Shown here one piece after another: positions 13,801-26,779 of a stretch of DNA of 64,000 nt. Both the position numbers and the translations under genes were made by a program. Position 1 is the first letter of the stretch; the number at the start of each line of letters is the position of its first letter. The notes beneath the pieces are model-generated. The model saw only the letters and a list, made by a program, of their open reading frames with translations, did not search any database and was not told where the DNA came from. Origin of the DNA: the human T2T-CHM13v2.0 reference genome, Homo sapiens; the NCBI RefSeq assembly GCF_009914755.1, contig NC_060929.1. One strand, written 5' to 3'.

Positions 13801-16363
13801 TGAAGTTAGCAGGTCTTGATGGCAGGCAACACCAGTCTCAGTGGAAGTCACTGGTCTGACGGCCAAAAGCCTTGGCTTCTCCCTAGAGCTTTCTGCTTAT
13901 TCCATAAAGAAAGTTTCAAGTCTCTCTACCCTAGGACTAGCTCAGACCTCCTCATGAATCAGCCCTACATTCTTGGAAGGGATGTTGGCTCAGAAGCACA
14001 GAGGGAACCTGAGACAGTCCCCCAGTATGTGGAAAGAACAAGGAGAAATATAGGGGGGGAAATCTCCTTTCCATATGAGGGAGACAGCAAATCAAGACAA
14101 CAGGTTAAGGAGAACAGATGAGTGGGGGGGTTTCATCACCACTCGTCACCATTCGTCACCATAGCAACAAGCCCAGCGATTCTGCAAGACAGGAGTTATA
14201 TTTTTCTTTTCACCTGTCACTCTTCTTGGTACTGTCACTCTCTTTCCCCACTCCTGGCGGGAGGTGAATTGTGACTTTTCCACCCCCCCTGACAAGCTGC
14301 CTAGCTTTTCTGGTGTGCAGCTGCTATGGAATAGGAGAATGGGGTACCCTGAGGGGTGCTCAGAAGACTCAAACTCCATCTCTCCCCTGTCCCCGATCAC
14401 AGCTGGGAAGTGTGTAGCTGTGAAATGTGAGTAGCTGTTTATACACAGATCCATGAGGAAGCTGCCTCTTTTATGGACACTGCAGACCAGAGGAACCAGA
14501 GCTGTGGTCCTCAAATAAAAGGAATTTTTGTCCCTGCCCCAGGATTTCCCATTTTATTCCCACAGAGTGAGACAAAGAGAGTCAGTAAAGGCAACTAAAC
14601 AGAAGACCATGGCCTGAGGCCTCCTTAGAAAGACCGTATCAAAAAGCTAATGACACGCTTAAAGGGAATCAGAACATTTTGTGTAAATTGAAACTCCTCA
14701 GCTATCTGGACTAAGACTACACCAACACCAGTCCTTCATCCCACATCCTATTAAATAAATCTGAATTTAGGTGGTTGTGTTACCTGTGATATTGGTGGCA
14801 ATTGGGCCCAGGTTCTCCCTTGATTCCAGAGGTCTTTCCTGATTCCTCTACTACAGAGCTGTGTCAGCATAAACAGTGATCAATGACATTGTGCATCCTT
14901 CAAAAGGTGGCAGTTCCTATACCGTCTAGCTGTCCTCTTTGTAAAGGATGTATCCCCCGTCACACACATTGCCATCTCCCTGGGCCGGAGACCTTCTTCT
15001 AAAGTGAAGGATGCTCTTCACCTCCAGACATAATCAGTCATTAGGCCCTCCTTCTTTGCCTATATAGAACATGCCTTTCCACCCCCCGTCCATATGAAAA
15101 TCTCACCCTACTTCCTTCCTAGATATACTGGAAGTGAATGCTCCTCCTTGTAAACCAGGGAGGCACATACCCTCTTAGGGCCTTTTGAAGATAATAACAG
15201 AAAAAGATGCCCATCACTCCCTTGTCCTTGGAGGCTATCCACAACCAAGGTAAACCTCAAGAAGAAAACAGCTTGGTGACCAAAGGGGCAAGGTGTGCTT
15301 TGGCTATTGAAAGACTGATCAGCTCATGAAGTCAGCAGCCTCCAGCTTTCTTTTTTACCACCTGCCCTCAGGCCTGTCCCTCTACCTACTCCTTCTGAGC
15401 TCCACTATCAACCACTCTTTACTAAGGTTTGAGCTGATAATACATGCCTCCTAACCCCACCCCTACCCCTGTTTAAACAGAAGAGTTTCATAGGAACTTC
15501 TGTGAACTGTAAGTCCCCCAAGGACTCTAAAGCATTACTCTCCAGAGGAAGAAATACATGCCTTCTGAACAACAAACAGGGAGACATTTTGAGTGTTCTA
15601 AAAATCATGTGAAGTGGGAATTTACCTGTTCAGCCAACTCTTGAACCAAGCACTGAACTCATTTTTTGCACATTACCCTTATCAGGCCATTATAGAAGAG
15701 CAGGAGAAATTTTGCCCCTTTGAGTCCTTTGAATAATCATTTCTACTGCTTCCAAAGCCAGGCTATGCCTTGCCAAGTGTAACCTATATTCAAGAGCCAT
15801 CTGCTTTAGCAATACAGGAAGCCACCAAGGGGGCATGCTTTAGATAATCCTACAGCTCTGCTGGCCAAAGCTGCTACTGGAAGGGAAGGGATGCTGCTAT
15901 TTACCAGCTACAGTCCCCAAGCTCAGTCCTGCTGAATCCTGTACAATGCACCAACTAGAACTAGGGCAGAGGCCACTGACTTATTGGTCAATAAGCGATT
16001 CCTTTCCATATGCCCCGATTCTAATAGGCAGACGTCAGTCGAAGAGTCTCTAGGGCAATACGGTCCACCCCTTGCATGGCTCACCTACTTCCCCACCTGA
16101 AAAGGAACACATGGAGAGGTATAAAGGCCACATCCTATCCTATGCCACCAACTAGCCAACGATGGTGTGTACCTGTGCCAATTGAGGCATTTCATTTTAA
16201 TTCAATGAGACATTTATTGTACATGAACAAACAATATAAACAAAGGTGTTAGAGCTGCCATGACATCTAGGAATGAGTATTCTCCTAGTAGTTAAAGATG
16301 TTCTTTTGCCTGTGTCAAGAGTTTGACTGAGCAACTTGCTGCGCTTCCTGAGCCATTACCTCT

Positions 16364-16690
16364 CACCATGACCATCAGTTGTGTTTGATTGTTCTCACCA
16401 CTTGGGAAGGTGTTGTCCCTCAGACCTTCACTTTTGAACTCCACTGGAGGTGACAGAACTCAGGGATGATCTCAGGAGACCAGTGGCCTTCCTCTGGCTC
16501 CACAGGGTGAGCCCTGGCCACCTCCCACCATGACCATCAGTTGTGTTTGATTGTTCTCACCACTTGGGAAGGTGTTGTCCCTCAGACCTTCACTTTTGAA
16601 CTCCACTGGAGGTGACAGAACTCAGGGATGATCTCAGGAGACCAGTGGCCTTCCTCTGGCTCCACAGGGTGAGCCCTGGCCACCTCCCAC
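16364..16690. repeat. Perfect 162-bp tandem duplication (2 copies)
   Basis: 16364-16525 and 16526-16687 are identical by eye (caccatgaccatcagttgtg...gccctggccacctcc), plus a terminal cac. Confidence 0.95.
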
Positions 16691-17554
16691 TAGACATGAG
16701 TACTTGTCTTCAGACTCCTAGGAATGAAGCACCCTTTTCTGTGACCCTGCTCATCCCAAACCAGTGTAAGATCTTTTATCTCAGGCAACAGAGATTTCTA
16801 AATTCAGCCACCTGGGTCTGCCTCCAGTGTTTTTAGCAAGCACCTCCAACAGAAAAATGATATCAATTAAGCATAATTATTAAGATTTAATAGAGCCATT
16901 TTTCTATCTCAGAGCCTTTTTACTATTCTAAGCCCCCTAGTTTTTCTTCCCCCTAAATTGGCACTCAGAGCAGTAAGTTAACATATATATCAGTTGGTCT
17001 TTATTATATATACAATAACTGTCTTATTAAATTGAAATCGAATGCACATCTAGGGGAAAGTTCATTGTAAGTACCAACTCTCAGAAAAATGCTCGGGGAC
17101 ATAAACAATGAGTGAGGCCAATGGGTTACCAAGCAACAGAGGAAATTGGGGCGGGGGGGGCGGGGGGCAGGAATGGAGCTGAAAAGGAAGGGACATGGTT
17201 TTTTGAAAGAATGGGCTAAGCTCAAAGGTGCAAATTTTGGTAGAAGCTGCCCTAAATTTCTTGTGATATCTCTCACCCTAGAAAAGGCATTGAGGAGTGG
17301 GGAATTGTAATTACAAGTTCAACATAGTCAGGGAGGCTTGGAAAATGTATAAATACATATACACACACACTTTTTTCCTGGGGAATGTTTAACACTTGGT
17401 CAATGAATAAATAGCCTATCCAGCTATTGCAAATGTTAAAGAGGGTGTGGGGTTGTGTGTATGTGTGAAAATATGCTGCTGCTTGGATGGTCTTTAGCCT
17501 CTTGACTCACTTTATTCTTCCCCCTCCCCTTCCTTTCCCTCCTCCTCTTCTTAG

Positions 17555-17689
17555 GACAAGACAAGCGCTCTGAGCCTCAGCAATGTGGCAGGCGTGTTCT
17601 ACATCCTGATCGGAGGACTTGGACTAGCCATGCTGGTTGCCTTAATCGAGTTCTGCTACAAATCCCGTAGTGAATCCAAGCGGATGAAG
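17555..17689 (+). CDS. GRIA1: GRIA1 penultimate exon: pre-M4 linker, M4 transmembrane helix and membrane-proximal C-tail (135 nt, 45 aa)
   Basis: Long polypyrimidine tract then ttag|GAC; donor AAG|gtggca. Encodes [45 protein letters not shown]; SRSESKR is GluA1-specific (palmitoylated Cys and PKC serines). Confidence 0.98.
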
Positions 17690-19913
17690 GTGGCATCGTC
17701 TTCCCGGGCCTTTTTCCTAACCTGTTCTGTGATGCAGCTGGGTTTCCTGGGAGTCCCTTTGCTAGAAAGGGTGGGGAATGACAGGTGGTTGAGGTCAGCA
17801 CAAGACAGGAAGCAGGAAGCTGTTACGAGGAAGGTGACGGGGACAAAGGCAGCCATGAGAAAGGAAGGAAGATGGGGTGTGTCAGGCCAGACACAAGGCC
17901 CAAGAAAAAAACTGCATTTGCCAGAGTGGGGTCAGTGAGATTGAAGGCTAGTGGTTTACATGGATAGGTAGCGCAGCGAGAGGCAAGAGTGATGGCTACC
18001 AAGGCTCATTCTCTCTGAAGTTTCATCAGAAGTGTGGCTGCAAAAGAGAGGAAAGGATGTCTACCCTCTACTCTGTGCTGACCTTGTCACACCTGGTGAA
18101 TTGGGTCTTTTCTTAGGCTCCACTCTAAGAAATAGACATTGACAAAGAGGACCATGTGCAGAGAAAGGTAAGCAGATTAGTGAGATGACCCCAAACCACA
18201 TCAAATGTAGCTAACGGGAACTGGAGAAGAGAACTGTGGAGGATTTAAGAGCTGTCTGTAAAATACCAATATTTTCCAAGTGGAAAAAGAAAACAGGCTA
18301 GTTCTATGGAGTCCCAAAGTATACAACAAGAACAGATGACTAAAGGTGATAGAGGATAAATGTTAACACGATACACTAAATTTACTTTTCTAAAAGAGCT
18401 ATCTAAAGAAAGGCTAGAATATCCCAAAAAGTAGCAAGCTTCAACATCACTGAAGGTATACAAGTAGAGGATGAATAACTCTTGACAAGAATATGGATTC
18501 AAGCATCAAAAGGCAGTTTGGATTAAATGATCTTCAAGGCCCCTCAACATTTAGCTTCAGTAAGAAATTATTTGTGGAAGTTAATCATGTGAACAATACC
18601 ATGATCAAGGCATCATGAGGACTCAGAGAGGAGGGAGGTGCATTCTATGATCTCCAGCACCTTTCACCTTCCACAAAGAATGGGCACAAAATAATTACTC
18701 AGTGAGGCAATCTATGGCATAGATAGGAAGGCCTACAGGAATTTAGAGAAGAAAGATTGAAGAAGGCTTCCAGGAAGATGCCAAAATTCAGAAGGACAGG
18801 TGGGATCTAGATAGAGAAGGGGAAAGAAGTACAGTCCCTCTGGGCAATGCAGCCATGGTGATATGCTGACCTATACTGTTACCTTGATTTGACAAGACTA
18901 ACAAGATCCCTTGGTAGAATTTGCTTTATTAGATTGTACCCTAAGAAGCCTACTTTTCAACAGACATTTGCCTCCAAGCTCAGTATGCCCACTCTTGGAT
19001 CCATACATAGCCTCCTGCCCAGCCTCTCCCTGCCTTGGACCCTCAATCCTACACACACCTCCGGGGTCGCCCTTGGAGAAGATATCTCTGAACATTTGCT
19101 CATTCTGTTTAGAAATTCTGTATTTAGTTCTGTACATGAGGAGCTGGGGGCCTTCTGTCCTGGCATTCAGCATTTCCCTGTCAGCCTACCTACCCCACTC
19201 CCACCCTAGCAATCTGCTCTCCTCACGTACTCCATACTTTCGCCCCCACCTCATGTTCCCACTCATGTGCCTTTTTATGGGCCGATCCCTCACCCTGTCT
19301 TCTGTTTCATAGAGCCCATTTAAAAGGCAACTTCTCCAAGACACAACAAGGAACAATTAAGGAATGGAAGTTCAATGACATTTCACCAGGGACCTAGGAA
19401 CACCCCAATCCTACTCTTGACCAGCTCATCCATCTCCAGGTCCCTCTCATGTCCTCTCAAATGACAAGAACTACAAAGGCATGGGCTTCAGACTCTAAAC
19501 CCAATGTAGACCTCCAAGGAGCTTGGCTACACACACAAGGACTCCTAGAACCTACTCAAAGCTCTTTGACCATTCCATTCAAAACACAGGACTAAAGACT
19601 CTCCTACCTTACCCTCCAAAATGAGGAAAGGTTACTCCGGTGGCAAAAAAGGGGAACAGGACAAGAACTAGGGGAGCTACAACCTGTACCATCCCTCAAA
19701 ACCTTCTCTATAGACCATGACTCAAGCCAGAGGCCCAGAGTTGGCCCAGTACAGATTATAAGGAGTTCCTTTCTTCTCATTGCTTGTCTAAGACACAGTA
19801 CAGCATCATCATCTAGAGTAGAAGCTCTGGAGAATGAACGTCTGGGCATAAATTCTATCTTCTCCATTTGTTAACTATGTCATCTTAGGTTTTAGTAACT
19901 CTCTGATCCTTAT

Positions 19914-20283
<370 letters not shown>

Positions 20284-21361
20284 TAACATTGTTGTAAGGA
20301 TTGTATGAAATAATGGATATAAAGAGCTTGGCAAAATTCCTGGGCCCCAGTAAGCCCTCAGTAAATAATAATGACAATGATAACTAGTATTTCAAATAAT
20401 AGTTGTTACTAGTGGCCAGATACATCCTCCTTAAAACTTTCCTTTTATTATCCCTATTTACATGAGCTAGGGTTCTTAAGCTATATAGATTGTGAGTTCC
20501 TTAAGGTAAGGGGTTGTGTGGACATCCCACACACTGAGAGTAAGTATTAGTAAAATTAATGTGAAATTGTATCCAAAGGAGAAAATCTCTTACAGGATGA
20601 GGCAGGGCATGGGAGGGAGCTGCTCTTAGTTAAAGCAAGTATTGCCGTCAAAACCACCCAGTCTAGGAATTACAAACAATATCATCCAAGGGGCAGTTTT
20701 GGCCCCATGTTTGTGCTCATGAACTATGACGAGACCAGTCATCCACCAAGCAGGAAAGCTCCTGGACATCCAGCCCTTTCTCTGGGATTACAGTGACTCC
20801 CAATAATCATAACCAGTGCCAGGTGGTGGTGCCAGAGTGGCTAATGCCTGGGATCCTCTTAAAACTGGGACCATGTTGACCTTCACTGAAGTCACACTAT
20901 TTAGATTAAAATGAGAATCTTTCAAAGAGGCCACTGAGTCATGGCATAGCTTCTTGGGGACATTCTCACCCTTCCCTTTACAATGAAGATGTTAAATTTT
21001 TCAGAAGCCAACATCAGGGTCTCTTGGAATCATTAATATAATGTCTTCCACCACAATCTTCTAGAATTAATTCCGTTGATTGGTGTGACTTCTACCCAAC
21101 TCACTGAGGCTCCTAATAGAATTTCCCATCTTCCAACTGCAGAAAAGGTACTTTCTTTATTAATCAACCCAGCCTTAATTGTTGATGCTCCATCAACTCC
21201 TCTCTTATCCGAAAGAGATAAGACAAATGCATTCAACTTGCCTCTCAGACTTTTCAGCTTTGCAGCTCTCTTTATTTTTCTGTGCTTAGCTTTCTCCAAA
21301 AGCAATTAGTTCTTTTCAGAAGTGCAGCCCCCAACCTTACAGAGACCCAAATTGGTGATGA

Positions 21362-21745
<384 letters not shown>

Positions 21746-23709
21746 CTTGGCCCACTCTTAAGGCCTTAACCCCCTAAACTCGTTCAGGGTCATCTTCTCA
21801 TGTGGCTCAACAGTGCTTAAAAACATCTTCCTCACTCTTCATGGATGAAAGAACGAGATGAAGAGGGGCAGAAAAGAGAAAGAAGGGTGGAGGAGAGAGA
21901 GAGATGAAAGGAAGCGAAGAAGGAAAGATGATTTTTCAGTAACTTTTATGTTCAAAGTGATTTCTACACATTTTCATTAACCATGCAATAAGTTGTTCTT
22001 ACAATCCTACAGATGAAATAAAGGTTCAAAGAAGCTAAGTAGCTTTTCCTGACTAGGTCACACAAGCTAGAAACTAAAAAACCAGGAATTAGAACTCCAA
22101 CATGGTCTCCACAAAGCCTGGGCTTTTGGTACTAGCCAAGCCACTTTTCCTAAATCTCTCTGTCCTCCTTCAACCACATGGCAACGGATCATTTTTGAGC
22201 ACCTATTCTCTGTTCTTCCAGTCCCAGCCACAGTGCTGCTCACAAAGACAAATAAAATGTAGCTCTACCCTTCAGTTCCCCTCATCTGACTGACTATAGT
22301 ATTTAAACCCTTGCTGGGTGTTGATGGGTCTCTTTCCCCTTTGACATGTCGATGAGCAGGACAAGTGTCACAGAGATAGTGGGAAGGCACCCTACAGGCA
22401 TCCCTTCCACAAAGACATACTGAGCACCACTGCGTGCTGGGCAAGGCTTGGCACTGGGGATACAGTCAAGAACAAAACAGACACTGCTTCTTTTCTCAAG
22501 AAGCTCAGAGTTTGATGGGGAAGACAGAACATAAGCAAACACTTGCATGTTCAATGAGTGTTAGTGAAAAAAATGCCCAGTGCTGTCAAGTATAGAGCAG
22601 AGGCCTGTCCTGATAAAAGAATGGGTCAGTCAGAGCAGCTTCCCTGAGAAACTGATATTTAACAGATTCAAAGCATGAAAAGAATTAAGCAGGAAAATGA
22701 ATTGCCAGCCATACACAAGTGTCAGAGACCCAAAGATGTGAACTCTTGCCCAGAAAGGGGAAGAAGGCCAAGGAGACTGGGACACAGACTGAGGGAAAAG
22801 GGTGATATGTGAGAGTGGGAGACTCAGAGAGGGACTTCAGGCAGCTCATAACATTTCGGTCTAATTCAAATTGTCATACAACAGCAGAAAATACATAACC
22901 TAAGACACATTGCAAATTGAATAAAATCTCAGGTCCCCTGCCCCTCCCCTCTGCCTGGGCAAACAGACTGGCTCCTGAATCCTTAGCTGATATTAAGAGC
23001 AGCAAAGTATTATTCACCACCTCATTCCCAAAGGAAAATAATCCCCAGCCTCTCTCACCCCCACTAGAGATGCTGACCTTTCAAAATTATATACGGCTGT
23101 GCTAACATAGGGCATGTTTAAGCTACAGCAATTGAGGGCTTGCACATTTTCCTGGAATTAATGAACAGCTGAGAGACTTGATAACTCAAGGGGAGCATCC
23201 TCCACAGCAGGTGGTCACTGGTGCTTTGCACGCCTGCCTGAGCAAAGACATTACTGAAGTTTAAGCTTTGATTAGGATATTCTATGTGCAGAGGCTGAGC
23301 ACTCTCTTCTTAGAAAAGCAAGTGGCTGAGAAGTTAGGATGCAATCACTGTTAGGGAAATAAGGTCCCAAAGGGCCAATTTTAGGGTCTGTAAGTTGGAT
23401 TTTTTACTCATCCCTTTGTCTCTGAATATCAGTTCCAAAAACACCACCACCACCCTCAAGGATGAACTTTAAGAATGGCTGGCATGTCAAGGAGGGATAA
23501 GGGAAAGCCACATTCCCAAAGGCTAGGGGAGAAGTGACAGCAGTTTATGACAGTTTAGCCACGACGGGGGGCGGGGAGTGGGGGGGAGTAGGAAGAATCA
23601 CATTTAGAAGGTCATTCATCTTGTCACTAGGTCACATATAACTGTTACCTTAAACAAGTCAGTCATTGTCATCAGGTTGTCTGTAAAGTAAAAGAACAAA
23701 TTAGATCAT

Positions 23710-23878
23710 GTGGTTCAACTTTGCTTGCATTTTTGAATCACCTGGGGAGCTTTTAAAACTCCAGATGTCAAGGCCATACACCACACCAGCATCTCTAGGA
23801 TAGGATTCAGGCATCAGGGTTTTTTCCCCAAAACTCCCTGGATGGTTCCAATGTGCAACCAAGTTTCAGAACTAGTGA
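23710..23878. mobile_element. MER5A-like hAT-Charlie element
   Basis: gtggttcaactttg...gaatcacctggggagcttttaaaa...ttccaatgtgcaaccaagtttcagaactagtg. Confidence 0.75.
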
Positions 23879-26131
23879 TGTAGTTGACATTAAGCATTGC
23901 TTTCCACTGCAAAGTTTGGGCTCCATTTATCATTTCTCCTGACTTTCATAAATGTATTCAAAAAGAAGCCAGTGAGAAGGTAGTAACCATCCATGATAAG
24001 GGTATGGAGTCATTGACTTTGAGAAGTGCTCAGCTTCCTTGAATACCAACTCTAATGATGTGACCTTCGAGATTTTTAGTTACATGCCTGGCTAAATTAT
24101 CTCAGACTTTGGCAAGCACCAATGTTGACTAGGTTATCAATCTTGTCCTTTAAGACAAATTCAGGAAGTACCAACAACTTCAATGGAATATTATGAAAAT
24201 ATGTGAGCCTTATGAGGAACAAAGTCCAGGGTGATCTGTGTAAACTTTAGTGGTCTTTTTTCCTTAATTAAAGGGATGTGGCAGAGAAAAATCATGAATG
24301 ATAGACATTCCAAGCTAATCTATAGAAGTTTCCATATTTCCCACAGATATAAATAAAATGTTATTTTCTCTTCAACATTTTTAGGTGAGGATAAGTAACC
24401 ATTAATTTATCATATTTTCATTTTACATTTCCCTGGTGTAGCTTCAAGGTAGTATTTATTTGGCCTTTGACTTAGAAGAATGCAATCCAGGTCACACTTT
24501 TTCTTCAATGGAAGACAGCCAAGGGAGAATGTAAATAAATCAAGTCATGGGTTTGAGGAGGAGACAGAACCAGTGTGGGTGGTGCATCATATGGGGCAAA
24601 TCTGTCTGAATCATGGATTTTAAAAAGAACATTTTAAAACATTGTCAGAACTGCCAGTAATACAAGGATAGCAGGGGAAAAAAATGGGTCAAAACTGCCC
24701 TGTTTATCTCTGTCTGGCCACAGAAGGTTGACTGATTTCTCTGGTCACTAGAATAATGGCAATATGTCAGAGAGGAAGTCATAGACTTTTTGAGATGGAT
24801 CCTAGGTGGTTGGTGTTTCTTAGACAAATTCAAAAGCATCATTATGCATCTAATTTCTTACTGGACACTCTGTGGGATAGCTGAGGATTGAGAAGACATG
24901 GCCCTTGCCCTCCTCCAGAAAGCTGTCTTACAGAAGACAAAACTTATACACTGGAGGCAGAACCATTACAAGAGAATGTATACTGCACGAGTACAAGATG
25001 AGAGGAGCCAGCACTTACAGCAGGCTGGTGTAGTCTAGGAAGGCTTCAAGACAACAGTGAGAACAGAACGCACCTTGAAGAAGAGGTAGGGTTGGTCCCA
25101 TTGACAATTCTTTATATTGATTCCCACCAAGAAACCAAACCCCACCTCAAAAATTCTGTGATTGTTTCTTAATGGAAAGTTTGAGATGGACAGTAAAATA
25201 TAAGAGTCTGGATTTCCTATCATCAATGGTCTTTCTCCAAAGGAACGCTCAACAGAACGCTTCCTCTTGTCTAAGACGATATGGTTCTAGACCTTTTCTG
25301 TGGTCTTGAATATCCCACTTAACTCATCTGATTCTGGGGTGATCCTTGGAGTCCTTTTCAGACCTAGAATTCCAACATTCTAGAAGTCACAAGCTTAGTG
25401 GCACTGATCTGATATGTCAGTCTGGAAGTACAGGGTCTACATGCTGATGGGAAGCAGTTGACACACAGATGATAATCTTTGGAATGCATTCTCATTTTCT
25501 TTAGCACATGTTCCTTTCCAATTAGATTTTGCATATTGTATTATTCAAACGAGTCCTACATTCCCTTAACACATGCCGCTATAGAGGTAGGCTAGAATTT
25601 TTTCTGAAGTAAATCAGAGGTAGTTTTCCATTTTAACCAAACAATATCACATCCTCAATTTATTTGAACATTTCAAAGCATTTTTCATGCGGTAGCACCA
25701 TTCTTGCTATAATAACAGTGTGTAGGTGCATAGATAATCATGTCATAGACATGGAGGTTTAAAAGTTCTAGAACACTAAGGAGATATGTACAGTCACATG
25801 ACTAATTAATGTCATAACCAGAACTAGAATCCAAGTTTCCAAACCCCTTTCCCGGAAGGTTTTCCACTTAGTTGTGTTGCTACATCACACATTAATCAAT
25901 AATACCAAGGAAATATTCCACCTTTAGAAATCACAGAATGTAAGAATAAGAAAGGATCTTCTGTCTCACCCAATCTAACACACTTCATTGAACATTCAAC
26001 TTGAGGCTAAGAGAGGGGATCAGACATGTCCAGAGCCAAGTGATAGTTTTCTGTGTTCCTGAGAAGTCAGAATTAGCGTTGTAGAATAGGAAAGGGGGTG
26101 GATGGGAAAGCAGAGTTGGATTTACATTTGA

Positions 26132-26407
<276 letters not shown>

Positions 26408-26472
26408 CTGGAGCAGATGGAGACCCCTTGGGGAGCAGGCTCGGGCTCCCCAGCCCCATCCCAAACCCTTCA

Positions 26473-26779
26473 GTGCCAAAAACAACAACAAAATGAAACG
26501 CAACCACCACCAACCACTGCGACCACAAGAAGGATGATTCAACAGGTTTTCCTGAAGAATTGAAAAACCATTTTGCTGTCCCTTTTCCTTTTTTGATGTT
26601 CTTTCACCCTTTTCTGTTTGCTAAGTGAGGATGAAAAAATAACACTGTACTGCAATAAGGGGAGAGTAACCCTGTCTAATGAAACCTGTGTCTCTGAGAG
26701 TAGAGTCACTGGAACACTAATGAGGAAACTGCACTGTTTTATTTTAATTCAGTTGTTAGTGTGTCTTAGTGTGTGCAAT
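26473..26779 (+). promoter_or_regulatory. Proximal 3' UTR miRNA seed-match/CPE cluster
   Basis: GTGCCAAA 26473-26480 (miR-96 family 8mer); TGCAATAA 26651-26658 (overlapping miR-92/25 and miR-137 7mer-A1); GTGCAAT 26773-26779 (miR-92/25 7mer-m8); TTTTATTTTAAT near 26737-26748 (CPE-like). Seed matches only. Confidence 0.55.

Noticed and set aside
16364-16690. CRISPR-like or coding interpretation of the direct repeats
   Set aside because: Two abutting copies without spacers in mammalian intron DNA; ORF 16612..16836 has no recognisable features.
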